A DNA stretch of 64,000 nt from Myxococcota bacterium (GTDB lineage: Bacteria > Myxococcota_A > Polyangia > Nannocystales > Nannocystaceae). This document shows, piece after piece, positions 1 through 10,761 of the stretch; position 1 is the first letter of the stretch; every line of letters begins with the position of its first letter. The stretch is from assembly GCA_039028615.1 (NCBI GenBank), contig JBCCHT010000044.1, positions 37,815-101,814 of the forward strand, in the 5' to 3' direction. Made by a program: the position numbers and the translations under genes. The notes beneath the pieces were generated by a model, which made no database searches, was not told the origin of the DNA, and saw only the letters and a program-made list of their open reading frames with translations.

Positions 1-549
1 ATCGTGCACCTCGCCGTCGATCTCGACCTCCGGCATCAGCACGATGGTGGCTCCCTCGACGCGCTGCCCTTCGCGAGAGACGTAGCGCAGCGGCGCCTGA
101 CCCAGCATTGGGGCGTAGGGGCGATAGCCGTCGGCGAGCACGGACAGCAGCGTGTAGGGGCCGGGCCGCTCGACCTCGAGGGTGAAGCTGCCGTCTTCAC
201 CGGTCAGTGCGGTGACGACTTGGTGCTCGCCTTGAAAGGTCAGCTCGGCCTCGGGCACGGGCGCATCGTCCAGCCAGCTGCGCACCTCGCCCACCAACGC
301 CCCCGCCGCGAGCTCCCGGCTCGGGTGGGCGGAGGCCCGGGGCGCATCGATGGGGCCGAGGCGGCGAGGGGGAGGCGGACGCGACGGACGTCGGGACCGT
401 GGCCCGTCTGCTTGCTCGGCGGCGGTCACTGGCTCGGCCGCGGCCGGATCGCTCGACGGGCGATGACTCAGCCACCACCCGAGGGCCAGCGCAGCCACCA
501 CGGCGACGAGAGCCAGGCCGATCCACCGCGGCGTCGAATCCGAGGACAT
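1..549 (-). CDS. Carboxypeptidase-regulatory-like domain membrane protein (runs off the window edge)
   Basis: Hand-translated from ATG 549, open to base 1: MSSDSTPRWIGLALVAVVAALALGWWL (TM anchor) ... LVGEVRSWLDDAPVPEAELTF...TGEDGSFTL...PGPYTLLSVLADGY. Confidence 0.7.
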   Translation of the reverse strand, partial: MSSDSTPRWIGLALVAVVAALALGWWLSHRPSSDPAAAEPVTAAEQADGPRSRRPSRPPPPRRLGPIDAPRASAHPSRELAAGALVGEVRSWLDDAPVPEAELTFQGEHQVVTALTGEDGSFTLEVERPGPYTLLSVLADGYRPYAPMLGQAPLRYVSREGQRVEGATIVLMPEVEIDGEVHD

Positions 550-650
550 GCCATGGTGTAGATGGGATCGAGGCCGGATGCACGCTCGGACCCCGCGCTT
601 CGACCTGATTGGCGATGTCTGGCACCATGCGCGCACGCCTGGTCGTCGCC

Positions 651-1520
651 ATGAACGCCAAACGCAATGACAACCGAACGAATCGCGCCGGGGGCGGAGC
701 GCCGCCGGCCGAGGCGGGTCCCGTGGTCGACTCTCTGCAGCACCCGCTCGCCATCGAGATCCGTGCGCTGCTGCACCGCTCGGGGCGGGCCGAGACCCAG
801 CGGATGCTCATCGACGACGAGGAGAACATCCTCGAGGCGATCGAGGCGGGGATCGAGCTCGTGTCGGTGTTCCACGCGGGTGAAGGCGGGATGCCCGAGC
901 GCGTGCAGGCGGCGCTGCCCGAGCGGGTGGGGGTGCACGAGGTTGCCCGCCGCACCGCCAAGAAGCTGTTCGGAGCCGAGAAGAGCTCGCGGCTGTTCGC
1001 GATCGCTCGCACTCCGCCGCCGCTCGAGCTGTCGGCGCTGGAGCGGTCGCCGCGAGACATCGTGGTGCTCGACGACGTCGGCATCATGGGCAACATCGGG
1101 GCGATCATCCGCACCTCGCTCGCGTTGTTTGCGGGGGGTTTGGTGCTGCTGGATTTCGATCCGGTCGACATCTACGACCGTCGCTTGATCCGGGCCAGCC
1201 GCGGCTATGTGTTCTCGCTGCCCGTCGTCACCGCGACCACGGCCCAGTTCCTCGAGTACTGCCAAGGCCGCGAGATACCCCTGCTGGTCACGGCGATCGA
1301 GGCGTCGAGCTCGATCCCCGAGATCAGCGCTCGCACCGACCGCCTGGCGATCGCATTCGGTAGCGAAAAACGCGGGTGCTCGGCCGAGCTGACGGCGGGC
1401 GCCAACATTCAGGTCCGCATTCCGATGGACCCGCGGGTCGAGTCGCTCAACGTCTCGGCGACGGCCGGCATCATGTTGCACAGCCGGCTCGGCTTCAATC
1501 GCGGCGAAGCCCCCGGCTGA
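651..1520 (+). CDS. SpoU/TrmH-family RNA 2'-O-methyltransferase, TsnR/NshR (thiopeptide-resistance) type
   Basis: SPOUT motifs GNIGAIIRTSLAL, FGSEKRG, IPM..VESLNVS; DRRLIRASRGYVFSLPVV matches TsnR/NshR as recalled; start could be 615, 627 or 651. Confidence 0.85.
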   Translation: MNAKRNDNRTNRAGGGAPPAEAGPVVDSLQHPLAIEIRALLHRSGRAETQRMLIDDEENILEAIEAGIELVSVFHAGEGGMPERVQAALPERVGVHEVARRTAKKLFGAEKSSRLFAIARTPPPLELSALERSPRDIVVLDDVGIMGNIGAIIRTSLALFAGGLVLLDFDPVDIYDRRLIRASRGYVFSLPVVTATTAQFLEYCQGREIPLLVTAIEASSSIPEISARTDRLAIAFGSEKRGCSAELTAGANIQVRIPMDPRVESLNVSATAGIMLHSRLGFNRGEAPG

Positions 1521-1681
1521 CGCCCGCCGATCGATTTCCCGCCCGATGCGGGCCTCGCTACGCGCCTTGGCGCCCGAAAGGTTGGTGAAACGCAGATTTC
1601 GCCGACCTTTCAGTAATTGAATTCGCGACGGGTCTGACCTCCAGAGCACGCAACGCGCTTCTCGGATTCGAGGACCCCATC

Positions 1682-3121
1682 ATGAACACCCAGCTCATCG
1701 TATCGATCCTGCCCCGCCTGTGCTTCGCCGCTTCCACCGTCGCGCCCGTCATCGCGGTCGCGGGTGATCTCGACGGCGACGACTTCGACGACATCCTGGT
1801 CGGCGCTCATCGCCTCGACCACAGCGGCCTCACCGATGTCGGGGCCGCGGCCATTGCTCGCGGGAGCCACGGGGGCCTCGTGGCCGACCAGGTCATCCTG
1901 CCGCTGGCTCAGGGAGGGGAGCGAGCGGGTTTCTCCGTCGCCATCGGCGACTTCAACTGCGACGGCATGGACGACCTGGCGATGGGATCGCCGCTCGAGA
2001 ACTTCGTCGTGCCCCAGGCCGGCATCGTCTACGTCTACACGAACCTCGGCGGGGGCCTCTTCCAGCCCAGCTGGATCACGGCGATGGACTTCGACCCGGC
2101 GAATACGGGCTCGGATCACTTCGGTCGAGCGCTCGCTGTGGCCGACTTCGACCAGGACTCCTGCGATGATCTCGCGATCGGGGCGCCCCGGGCCTACCAC
2201 TCGACTGGCGTTCAGACGGGACTCGTCTACGTCGCGATGGGTGATGCGGCCGGTCCGCGGCCGACCCCACAGAACCCAGGGATGGTCGCCGAGCCGAAGT
2301 GGAATCTCGTGGCTCAGTTCGACGACGCGCGCTTCGGCTTCTCGCTGTCGGTGGGGGACATCTACGACGAGGGGACGCCCGACCTGATCATCGGTGCGCC
2401 CACACGGGTCATCGACGGGGTGAAGGTCGGCAGTGCGGCGGCGTTCAGCATCCAAAATGGTGAGTTCGCCATGTCATGGGGAACGCTCTCGCCGTGCGCC
2501 TCTGGCGTTTGCGCGGCGGAGAACGAGGGCCGTTGGTACGGCTGGTCGACCGCGACGGGTGACTTCGATGGCGACGGGAGCACGGACATCGCCGTCGGTG
2601 CGCCGGGCTATCAGAACGACCACGATGGCCGCGTCTATCTCCACCATCACGGGCAGACCGTCGGCCACATCGACAGCATCGACCCGACCTCCGAGACTGC
2701 TCGCTTCGGCTACGCCATGGCTGCGGGTGACCTCGACGAGGATGGCTTCGACGAGCTGGTGGTCGGTGCTCCACAGGCGACGCTGTCGGGGGGACCGGAT
2801 CGTTCGGGTGCGGTGTTCGTGTTCGCGGGGCACTCCGCGGGCCTGGTCCCGCCCGTGGAGGCGCTCACCCCGATGCAGACGGGGAACTACGCCAACTCGC
2901 AGAAGTTCGGTGCTGCCGTGTCGCTGGGCTATTACACCGACACCGATCTGGACCTCGCGGTCGGAGCGAAGCGAGCCAAGGACTCGGGCATCCGCAGCGG
3001 CGGCGTCTTCCTCTACACCAACGACGGCGGCCAGCTGCACCACCATGCACCGCTGGGGTTGTCGGATTTCAGCTGGGCGCCCGAAGCGGGGGCACTGTTC
3101 GGCTCCGCGCTGTCACAGTAG
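1682..3121 (+). CDS. FG-GAP / integrin-alpha repeat protein
   Basis: Repeated FG.SV(A/L).GDF(N/D).DG.DDLA(I/V)GAP units. Confidence 0.9.
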   Translation: MNTQLIVSILPRLCFAASTVAPVIAVAGDLDGDDFDDILVGAHRLDHSGLTDVGAAAIARGSHGGLVADQVILPLAQGGERAGFSVAIGDFNCDGMDDLAMGSPLENFVVPQAGIVYVYTNLGGGLFQPSWITAMDFDPANTGSDHFGRALAVADFDQDSCDDLAIGAPRAYHSTGVQTGLVYVAMGDAAGPRPTPQNPGMVAEPKWNLVAQFDDARFGFSLSVGDIYDEGTPDLIIGAPTRVIDGVKVGSAAAFSIQNGEFAMSWGTLSPCASGVCAAENEGRWYGWSTATGDFDGDGSTDIAVGAPGYQNDHDGRVYLHHHGQTVGHIDSIDPTSETARFGYAMAAGDLDEDGFDELVVGAPQATLSGGPDRSGAVFVFAGHSAGLVPPVEALTPMQTGNYANSQKFGAAVSLGYYTDTDLDLAVGAKRAKDSGIRSGGVFLYTNDGGQLHHHAPLGLSDFSWAPEAGALFGSALSQ

Positions 3122-3139
3122 CCGAGAGGGCGGTCGGGT

Positions 3140-3180
3140 GCGGGTCGGTCGGGCACTTCGCTCGACCGGCCCGCTTTTTT
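3140..3180 (+). terminator. Rho-independent terminator
   Basis: Stem gcgggtcggtcgggc / gctcgaccggcccgc (15 bp with G-U pairs) followed by T6, between convergent genes. Confidence 0.8.
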
Positions 3181-3181
3181 G

Positions 3182-5362
3182 TCAGCGCATCGCCCGGACC
3201 CGCTGCGCCTCGGGCCCGATCGCCTTGCGGATGAGGTCGCGGCGCAGTCGCTCGTAGCTGTCGGGGTGGACGGGGTCGGGCGCCAGCATCCGGGCCAACC
3301 CCCGCGTGAGCCGGAGCCTCGCGTTGATCGCCCACCCGGAGGCCTCGAGGATGCTGCTGAGGTTCCGCGCGTGCAGCTTGAACATGGCCACGATGATGAT
3401 GGGGACCAGGACCACGGCAAAGGCGATGGCGATGGCGGTCACCGTTCGCGTGAACTGCAGGTCGGCCAGGGTCCGAGCGATGAAGGCGAACGAAGAGCCC
3501 ACGGCGGCCAGTGCCACGCCGCCGGTCACCACCATGTCGCGAGTTCGTCCCACCACGGTGGGAGAGGGGGGCGGCTCGGCCTCCGCCTCGGGTTCGGGCT
3601 CGGGTGTCGGCTCGGGCGCGGGCTCGGGGTCGAGATCCGGTTCCCGGTTCATGCCGTCGATGACCCCGCGCTCGACCGCCTTGGTGGTCTCGTTGAGCCG
3701 CGCCTCGAGCTGCTTTTCGCTGCTGGCCGAGATGCGATCCACGGCCGAGGTGATGAGGGCGCTCATGCGCTTGAAGGGGGCCGCCACCGCCTCGGACAAG
3801 CTGATCGGGTTCTCGACCACGGCGACCACGCGCACGTCCCACTGGCGCCCGTCGAGATCGAGCAGGACCCCGCGCTTGTCGACGCCCAGGTTGCCGCGGT
3901 CGCGGGTGGTCACGGGCGTGACCATGTAGAAGCTCTCGTCGCTGCGGGCGGCCGAGACCTCGCTATAGAGCAGGAACATGCCCGAGCGCGCCGCCATCTC
4001 GCGGTGCTTCTTGATGTCGGTGACGCGCAGGTTGAAGTGGAAGACACGCCCGTCGATGACCAGGCGCCCGATCTCGAAGATGGCCCGGGTCGCGGGCTCG
4101 TACATGTTGCGGAAGCTGACGAAATTATTGCAGATCTCGAGCAGCCAGCGCTGCATGAGCACGAGGTGCTCGAGGTCGTCGATCGCGGCCAGCTCGCGCC
4201 CCACCGCCTGGTCCTTGACCATCAGTTCCCCCGCGCGCTCGATGAGGTCGCCGTCGAGGATTTGCTCGAGCCGACTCGTGCCCAGCGACTCGACCTGTGC
4301 CCCCTGCTTGGTGTCGAGCCACTGTTGGTAAGGGCGCAACGCGGCTTGGACCTTGCGCCACTCGGCCTGGGGCAGCACGCCCTTGGCCGCGACGCTGGGG
4401 CACAGCGGCTCGAGCACGCGCTCGCGCAACGCCTGCAGGTCTTCGGCGTAGTGCGGGTTGAGGGCCTCGGACAGCCGCAGCTCGAGGGCGGCGTTGGGCG
4501 GCGCGATGGGGGCTCGCTCGAGGTAGCGCTGCAGCGCGGCCTCGGAGGTATAGGCGACTTCGGGTGACGCGGGCTCGGTGGTCGTGCGGCCGAGCGACTC
4601 GTTCAGCCGCTGGAGCTCGCAGAGCTTGAAGTAGCGATGGACCGCGCTCTGCAGGCGAGCGAAGAGCCGATAGCCGACGGGAGTCTTGGGCCCCAGGGGC
4701 AGCAGCGTGGCGTGGTCCTTGCTCTTGGGGTCGCTCACCTTGCGCTGCCACGCGAGCAGGGCCTTGGCCTGCTTCACGAAGTCGTCGAGCAGCGCGCGAT
4801 CGATGCCGCCCGTGCCGTCGATGCCCGGCCGCGTGCCCATGGTCGTGGCGACGTCGCGCAGCAGCTGCTGCAGGTCGGGATCGTCGACACAGTGGGGCGG
4901 CACGATGCCATCACCGTTGACGGCTCCCTTGGCCAGGATGGCCCGGGTGTTGCGAATCTCCGCCAGCGAGATGGTGGGCGCGTGCCCGCGGTCGAGGTTC
5001 GCGAGGATGCGCCGCGCGGCGACGAGCAGCTGCGCGCCCTCGGGATCCGACTCGTCGACGTCTTCGAGGTGCAGGACCCCGCGGCCTTCGGACACGCCAT
5101 CGAGGTTCTCGAGCACACGAAAGAGCCACTGTCGCGCGCGTCGAAGCTCGCCGCTGATGATGCGCCCATTGCCGCTACTGTCGAGATACTCGAGCGCCAC
5201 CGGGTCGCAGATCATCTGGTCGGTGGGGGCGCTGGTGGCCATCCAGAACGGATCGTCGAGGTTGTCGAGGTGCCGAAGGTCCTCGGCCCCATCGATGCGG
5301 AGCTGATACGAGCCCCCATAGTTGACGAAGGTGAACGTTCGCTTGCGCTCGGGCTGCTCCAT
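3182..5362 (-). CDS. Hypothetical membrane protein (EF-hand-like motifs, two C-terminal TM helices)
   Basis: 726-aa ORF with host-like codon use; LDSSGNGRII and NGDGIV motifs; PE-rich linker then two hydrophobic segments. Confidence 0.75.
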   Translation of the reverse strand: MEQPERKRTFTFVNYGGSYQLRIDGAEDLRHLDNLDDPFWMATSAPTDQMICDPVALEYLDSSGNGRIISGELRRARQWLFRVLENLDGVSEGRGVLHLEDVDESDPEGAQLLVAARRILANLDRGHAPTISLAEIRNTRAILAKGAVNGDGIVPPHCVDDPDLQQLLRDVATTMGTRPGIDGTGGIDRALLDDFVKQAKALLAWQRKVSDPKSKDHATLLPLGPKTPVGYRLFARLQSAVHRYFKLCELQRLNESLGRTTTEPASPEVAYTSEAALQRYLERAPIAPPNAALELRLSEALNPHYAEDLQALRERVLEPLCPSVAAKGVLPQAEWRKVQAALRPYQQWLDTKQGAQVESLGTSRLEQILDGDLIERAGELMVKDQAVGRELAAIDDLEHLVLMQRWLLEICNNFVSFRNMYEPATRAIFEIGRLVIDGRVFHFNLRVTDIKKHREMAARSGMFLLYSEVSAARSDESFYMVTPVTTRDRGNLGVDKRGVLLDLDGRQWDVRVVAVVENPISLSEAVAAPFKRMSALITSAVDRISASSEKQLEARLNETTKAVERGVIDGMNREPDLDPEPAPEPTPEPEPEAEAEPPPSPTVVGRTRDMVVTGGVALAAVGSSFAFIARTLADLQFTRTVTAIAIAFAVVLVPIIIVAMFKLHARNLSSILEASGWAINARLRLTRGLARMLAPDPVHPDSYERLRRDLIRKAIGPEAQRVRAMR

Positions 5363-5494
5363 CCAAATCTGCTCCTACCTGGGCTACACGGCATCGTAGG
5401 GGCCGCGATCCAAGGGGCGCAAGACGGGGGCACGGGCCCGAGGTGGGCCTCGTCGCGCTTTTGATGCACCGGCTCGGCGGGTCAGCGCCGTCGG

Positions 5495-7969
5495 CTACGG
5501 GACGACGGTCGGGCTGAACACGGTCCAGCGCGGCAGGGCGACACCATCGACGTCACGCCCACCGACGATGAGCGTGGCTCCGCTGGGCAGGGGCGCCGTG
5601 CTTCCCCCGTCGGCGCGTAGCGTGATCCCGGCCGGTTCGGTGACCGCCAAGTCGCCACGCGCGATGTGGAACAGTCGCCCCGCACCTTGGGCCACCAGCG
5701 CATCGGTATCCGGCAGCAGCAGCGGCGCGGCCATGGCCTGAGGCAGCAGGTCGGTGAGTTCTTCGACCTCGAGCGTGCCGTCGCGAAGGTCGATTTGGAG
5801 CCCGTCGGCGCTCTCGGTGCCCTCCCGCAGGCCGCCCACGCAGAGCATCTGCAGCGGGCTCTCGCTGCGGGTGGCGCAGGCGAGGCCGGTCCACGCGAGC
5901 ATGGGACCGGCACCCGTGCCCGCGGCGGGATTCCAGACCAGGGGCAGGGCCGGGTCGTCACCGCCGATCACCAGCGGAGTACTGCCGAGCACAGCCGCGG
6001 TGGCTCCTGCCCGCGGTCCGTCGAGCACCAGGTTCTCCGCGGGGCTCAGCTCGCGCGGGTCATCGCCCACGGCGGGCAGCTCGAGCACCGTGGTCTGCTC
6101 GCCGCCGCCGAAGATGCGCAGAGTCTGGTCTTCCTCGGACCACCACGACGCGGCACCGGGCCGCGCATCGAGGGCCCCGGACAGCTCCAGCGCCTGCCAG
6201 GTGTCGGTGTTGGGATCGAAGCGAAAGGCCGAGACGCCGTCGTTCCACGCGACCCGCAGCACTCGGCCATCGGCCGCGCCCACGAGCCGACCGTCGGTGG
6301 CACCGGGCGGCTCTTCGAGTGTGCTCGCGGCCTGCAGGGTGTACTGGTACAGGTCGAGGAAGACGGTGGCGCCGTCGCTCGATTGCACGAGCATGCCGCG
6401 GTTCGAGATGGGGGCCACCAAAGCGTCGGCATCGGGCGTGGCGAAGTCGAGGTCGAGCGCGGTGAGCCGCCCCGGCTGACCCAGCAACAGCGACAGGCCA
6501 TTGGTGGCGCCGCCGTAGGTAAAGGGCGGGGTCTGACCCCACGCGAGCAAGGTGTCGTTCTCGGCCAGGAACACCGACATCGTGCGCGAGGTGGCGTCGG
6601 GCGGGACCTCGAACGAGAGCACGAAGTCGAGGCCGTTGGCGGAGACCGAGTCGGTGAAACCATCGGGCTCCAGCACCAGCGACACGTTGTTGGTGCGCTG
6701 CAGATCGGCGTCGTCGGGGGCGGGGGGCAGCAGCAGCTGCACGTCCACCCCCGTGGTGATCGGCTGGCACGCGGCGTTGGGCATCACGGCGAGCAGCAGG
6801 CCGGCCAGGGCGATCCACGGCCGATGCCCGCGGGCGCGCACGGGGGCGCTGCCCACCACGGTGTCGGTGCGGACGTACAGCGCCTCCGCGTGCATGTTGA
6901 CGGTCGTGCAGACGTGATCGGGCACCAGCCACACCAGGCTGCCACGGGGCGGCCTTTGTCCGCTGTCGACCCGCACGGGGCGATGCTCTTCGCTGGCCTT
7001 GAGCGGTACGAAGCGGGGCTCGCCCAGGATGCCGCCGCTGGGGGCGGGGCAGTCGGGGGCCATGGCCTTGCTGCCGGCATCGAGCGTGATGCGGTCGTCC
7101 CCGGGGTGCGCGATGACCCGGCTGAGCACGAACGCGGCCTGTCGCAGCCCGAGGTCGGCCGCAGCCTCGGCCGAGAACCGATCGGAGAGCACGATGGTCC
7201 CCGGGCTCACCTGATGGGTCCACGACCCAGCGCGCAGCGGGGCATGGTCGAGCGCATGGGCGTAGCTGTGCGTCCCCGAGGTCACCACTTGCTCGACCTC
7301 GAAGGGCAGGGCGGCCACCAGCTCGACGAGCTGGTCGTACCCGGCGTGGGCCTGCTCGCGCTCGGACCAGCGAATGTGCCCGTCGTACCCGTGCACGCCC
7401 GTCGGGTGCAGCCACTGACACTTCGGCCACGTCGCCTCGCGCCAGCGCTCGGGGGACGTGCCCGTGCGGTGCATGCCGATGTCGACGTCGAGCCACAGGT
7501 CGAAGGCCGGCGTGTCCAGGGGGGAGCCGATGCCCCGGATGAGGTCCTCGATGTGCTCGGGGGCATCGGCCAGGAGCCCGATGCGCGCCTCGTGGTACTG
7601 CTGCCGCAGATCGAGCATGACGGCGAGCTGCGGCGGCGCGGCGGGGTAGGCCAGCAGGACTTCGACCGGCTGCGGCAGGGCGCGCTCATCGGCCGCCTCG
7701 AGCACCAGCGCGACCTCGGCCGGGGTCGCCGCCTTGAAGCGGAATACCCCGGCGTCGAGCAGGGCCCCGACGATGGTCGATTGCTTGACCGTCTTGACGT
7801 GCGGTCGCCAGCGCTGCGGCGAGCCCGTGCGCGCGAGCATGGCGGCCACGTTGTGCTCGACCGCGTCGAGGTCGATGACCAGCGTGGGCGTGGCCAGGGA
7901 ATCGACGTGCTCGGCGATCGCCCGGTTCAGCTGCTGTACGCGCTCGCGGGGCTCGGTCGCGCCCTTCAT
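5495..7969 (-). CDS. D-threonine aldolase/D-serine dehydratase-like PLP enzyme fused in frame to a lipoprotein/beta-propeller-like module
   Basis: [16 protein letters not shown] (PLP Lys), [33 protein letters not shown]; then a hydrophobic segment plus Cys401 and kelch-like GG repeats. Confidence 0.8.
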   Translation of the reverse strand: MKGATEPRERVQQLNRAIAEHVDSLATPTLVIDLDAVEHNVAAMLARTGSPQRWRPHVKTVKQSTIVGALLDAGVFRFKAATPAEVALVLEAADERALPQPVEVLLAYPAAPPQLAVMLDLRQQYHEARIGLLADAPEHIEDLIRGIGSPLDTPAFDLWLDVDIGMHRTGTSPERWREATWPKCQWLHPTGVHGYDGHIRWSEREQAHAGYDQLVELVAALPFEVEQVVTSGTHSYAHALDHAPLRAGSWTHQVSPGTIVLSDRFSAEAAADLGLRQAAFVLSRVIAHPGDDRITLDAGSKAMAPDCPAPSGGILGEPRFVPLKASEEHRPVRVDSGQRPPRGSLVWLVPDHVCTTVNMHAEALYVRTDTVVGSAPVRARGHRPWIALAGLLLAVMPNAACQPITTGVDVQLLLPPAPDDADLQRTNNVSLVLEPDGFTDSVSANGLDFVLSFEVPPDATSRTMSVFLAENDTLLAWGQTPPFTYGGATNGLSLLLGQPGRLTALDLDFATPDADALVAPISNRGMLVQSSDGATVFLDLYQYTLQAASTLEEPPGATDGRLVGAADGRVLRVAWNDGVSAFRFDPNTDTWQALELSGALDARPGAASWWSEEDQTLRIFGGGEQTTVLELPAVGDDPRELSPAENLVLDGPRAGATAAVLGSTPLVIGGDDPALPLVWNPAAGTGAGPMLAWTGLACATRSESPLQMLCVGGLREGTESADGLQIDLRDGTLEVEELTDLLPQAMAAPLLLPDTDALVAQGAGRLFHIARGDLAVTEPAGITLRADGGSTAPLPSGATLIVGGRDVDGVALPRWTVFSPTVVP

Positions 7970-9171
7970 CCGATGATCATGTCCTCTCGGCGGGTGGCTT
8001 CACCGCGAGAGAACCGAGAGGGATCCCAGCGCTCGAGCATGGGGTGAGACTCGCCCGTCGCGAGGTATCGCGCCAGCAGTTTGCCCACGGCGGGCGCCAT
8101 CATGAATCCATGGCCGGTAAAGCCGCAGACCTGATAGAGGCGCGGAATTCCCGGGCTGGGGCCCACGATCGCGTCGCCATCGGGGGACAGATCGTAGGGA
8201 CCGGCCCACTGCCGCAGCACGCGGAGCTGGCTGGTGATGGGCATGACGCGGGTGAGCGCGGCGCCCAAGCTGGCCAGGAAACGGCGCGAAGAGGCGAGAT
8301 CGACCTCGGTGTCGGGCGGCCCCTCGTCGGGCATGGTGATGCCGGCCACGATCTCACCGCGGGTGGACTGCGAGAAGTACAGGCCCGTCACGAGGTCGAC
8401 CACGAGGGGATCGAGGAAGGGCTTGAGCGGCTCGGTGGAGATGATCTCGTGGCGGTGCGGATGGTTGGGCAGGTCGAGGCCGAGGCTGCGATTGAGCTCG
8501 ATGCTCCACGCGCCGGTCGCGTTGACCACCCGATCCGCGTCGAGCTGCTCGCCCGTCGACAGGTGCAGGCGCAGCCCGTCCGCGAGCACCTCGATGCGAT
8601 CGACCCCGGTATGGGTGCGGACCGCGACGCCACGCGACACCGCTTGCCCCGCGTAACCCCACACGAAGGGCCAGGGGAACACCACGCCGTCGTCGGGATT
8701 GAAGGCGGCGAGGCGCACCTCGGAGACGTCGAGCTGGGGCACGATTTCGCGGGCCTCGGCCCCCGACAGCAGCCGGGTGGGGGCACCGACTTCACGGTGC
8801 AGCTCGGCGTTGCGCATCAGCCGGCCCTCGCCGGCCTCCGAGCGCGCGAGAAAGAGGTAGCCGCCCTGTCGAAACCACAGGTTGATGCCGAGCTCCTGGG
8901 CCAGGCCGCGGCACATCTCGATGCTCTCCATCATGAGCGCGACGTTGCCGGGGTCGCCCCACTGCATGCGGAGGCCGCCGCCGTTGCGCCCCGACGCGCC
9001 GCTCACCAGGTAGCCGCGCTCGAGCACCGCGATCTTGTGCTTGGTGGTCTTGGCCAGGTGGTACGCGGTCGAAAGCCCCATGATCCCGCCGCCGATGATC
9101 GCGATGTCGACCCGCGTGGGTAGGGGCGTATCGCGACGGCCCATCGCCTGGGCCTTGGCCTGGCCGATCAT
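7966..9171 (-). CDS. FAD-dependent oxidoreductase, sarcosine oxidase / proline dehydrogenase beta-subunit family
   Basis: [42 protein letters not shown] overlaps with both neighbours. Confidence 0.9.
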   Translation of the reverse strand: MIGQAKAQAMGRRDTPLPTRVDIAIIGGGIMGLSTAYHLAKTTKHKIAVLERGYLVSGASGRNGGGLRMQWGDPGNVALMMESIEMCRGLAQELGINLWFRQGGYLFLARSEAGEGRLMRNAELHREVGAPTRLLSGAEAREIVPQLDVSEVRLAAFNPDDGVVFPWPFVWGYAGQAVSRGVAVRTHTGVDRIEVLADGLRLHLSTGEQLDADRVVNATGAWSIELNRSLGLDLPNHPHRHEIISTEPLKPFLDPLVVDLVTGLYFSQSTRGEIVAGITMPDEGPPDTEVDLASSRRFLASLGAALTRVMPITSQLRVLRQWAGPYDLSPDGDAIVGPSPGIPRLYQVCGFTGHGFMMAPAVGKLLARYLATGESHPMLERWDPSRFSRGEATRREDMIIG

Positions 9172-9452
9172 TTGCGGGCCTCTTCGTCGGCCGCGGCAGC
9201 GAGCGCGCCGAGGGTGACGGGCTCGGTGGGAGGGCGAGCGGTGAAGGGCTGCACGGTGGCGGGGTCGGCCAGGCCGCGCTCGATGAGCACGGACACGAGC
9301 ACGCTCATGCACTCCTTGCCCTGGCACGGCCCGGTCCCCAGACCGGTGTAGCGCTTGAGCTCCTCGACTTCGTGCAGTCCGAGCTCGATCGCGTGTTCGA
9401 GCTCGGAGCGGGTCACGTCCTCACAACGGCACAAAAAGCTTCGGCGGGGCAT
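9168..9452 (-). CDS. BFD-like (2Fe-2S)-binding small subunit
   Basis: LCRCEDVT...[17 protein letters not shown]. Confidence 0.88.
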   Translation of the reverse strand: MPRRSFLCRCEDVTRSELEHAIELGLHEVEELKRYTGLGTGPCQGKECMSVLVSVLIERGLADPATVQPFTARPPTEPVTLGALAAAADEEARK

Positions 9453-9459
9453 GGTCGAT

Positions 9460-10725
9460 TTACCTGTCGTGCTGGAGCAGGGATCGGGCAATGCGCTCGC
9501 CATCGTCGGCGGCGGCGGTGTTGCCCTTGTATCCGGTGACGTCGCCCGCCGCCCACACGAGCCAGGGCTCGGTGAGGCAGCGGCCGAGGTCGTCGATCTC
9601 GACCGCGAAGCCGCCTCCGTCCCAGCGCACGCGGGCGCCGGCTTGACGGGCGAGTTCGAAGGCGGGGGCCGGAGGCGCCGCGAGGGCGACGAGCCGAGCG
9701 CTGCGCTTGCCGTCGGACAGGCGCACGCTGTCGACCGGGTTGCCCTCGATGCTCTCGACGTCCTCGGGGGCGACGAGCTGGGCGGCCAGGGCATCGGCGA
9801 GCCCTTGCGCGTAGGTGCCCTTGCCGATGACCACCGCCTCGACCTTCAGCTGTGCTTTGCCGCGCGCCAGCTGCTGCACCAGGCCGCGCGCCGCGACCAC
9901 GCCGGGTCGGTCGTTGTTGGCCACGGGAATGGTGGGGTCGCGGGCGCCCGTGGCCACCACCACGTGCCGCGGGTAGATGGAGCGCAGCACCATGGGCTCA
10001 CCCGGCACGTTGCTCATCGCGGACCACAGTCGCTCTTGCGGGTAGACCCCGAAGATCCCCGTCTCGTCGAGCAGCGCGTCGGGCAGCGCGTGGCCGGTTT
10101 GTCCCTCGAGGCCGATGCGGTCGAGCCGGTCGACCCACAGCACTTCGCGCCCGGACTCTTCGAGCACCTCGAACGCACGGCGTCCGGCCGGGCCTGCGCC
10201 CACCACCAGCACGTCGGGACGGTGCTCTTCGTGGCGAGCGGGATGATCGGGCTCCGCGTCGGGCAGCGTGCCCAGACCGGTGAGCCCTCGGGCCACGCCC
10301 TGCATGATTTGGTTGACCACCCGCGGTCGCACCATCAGGTGATGGTGGTCGATACCGCTGCGCATCATGGTGTCGATGAGCGTGGTGGGGTCGGGCCCGG
10401 CCACCAATCGGTTCTGCGGCTGCACACGCATGCCTTCGGCCACCCGCGTCATGCAGGCGCGGCGATTGGGCAGGCCGTTGATGCGCACCAGGCAGGTTCC
10501 GCAGTCGCCTCGCAGGCAATAGGCCCCGCGAGAGCGGCGGTATTTTACGCTGAGGCTGGTCTCGAGGATGCCCTCGTCCAGCAGCGCGAGGCTGACGGTG
10601 TCCCCCCGACGAGCGGAGACGACTCGGTCTCGATCCCAGCGCAACGACACCGTAGGGTGGTCCTCGGGCCGAGTCTGAGAATCGCACGCGCCGTGGCGCT
10701 GAAGCACGCGATCGGTGGCACCCAT
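9460..10725 (-). CDS. 2Fe-2S + FAD/NAD-binding protein, sarcosine oxidase / proline dehydrogenase alpha-like
   Basis: KYRRSRGAYCLRGDCGTCLV..NG.PN.RAC; VVGAGPAG; VATGARD...NNDRPGV; AAGDVTG. Confidence 0.85.
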   Translation of the reverse strand: MGATDRVLQRHGACDSQTRPEDHPTVSLRWDRDRVVSARRGDTVSLALLDEGILETSLSVKYRRSRGAYCLRGDCGTCLVRINGLPNRRACMTRVAEGMRVQPQNRLVAGPDPTTLIDTMMRSGIDHHHLMVRPRVVNQIMQGVARGLTGLGTLPDAEPDHPARHEEHRPDVLVVGAGPAGRRAFEVLEESGREVLWVDRLDRIGLEGQTGHALPDALLDETGIFGVYPQERLWSAMSNVPGEPMVLRSIYPRHVVVATGARDPTIPVANNDRPGVVAARGLVQQLARGKAQLKVEAVVIGKGTYAQGLADALAAQLVAPEDVESIEGNPVDSVRLSDGKRSARLVALAAPPAPAFELARQAGARVRWDGGGFAVEIDDLGRCLTEPWLVWAAGDVTGYKGNTAAADDGERIARSLLQHDR

Positions 10726-10761
10726 CCTGGTTCTGGTCCTACCATCGCTATGGCGTAATTC

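Noticed and set aside
619..636. sigma54-like TGGCAC-N-GC upstream of the methyltransferase
   Set aside because: The -12 element is GCGC rather than TTGC, and GG-N10-GC is frequent in GC-rich DNA
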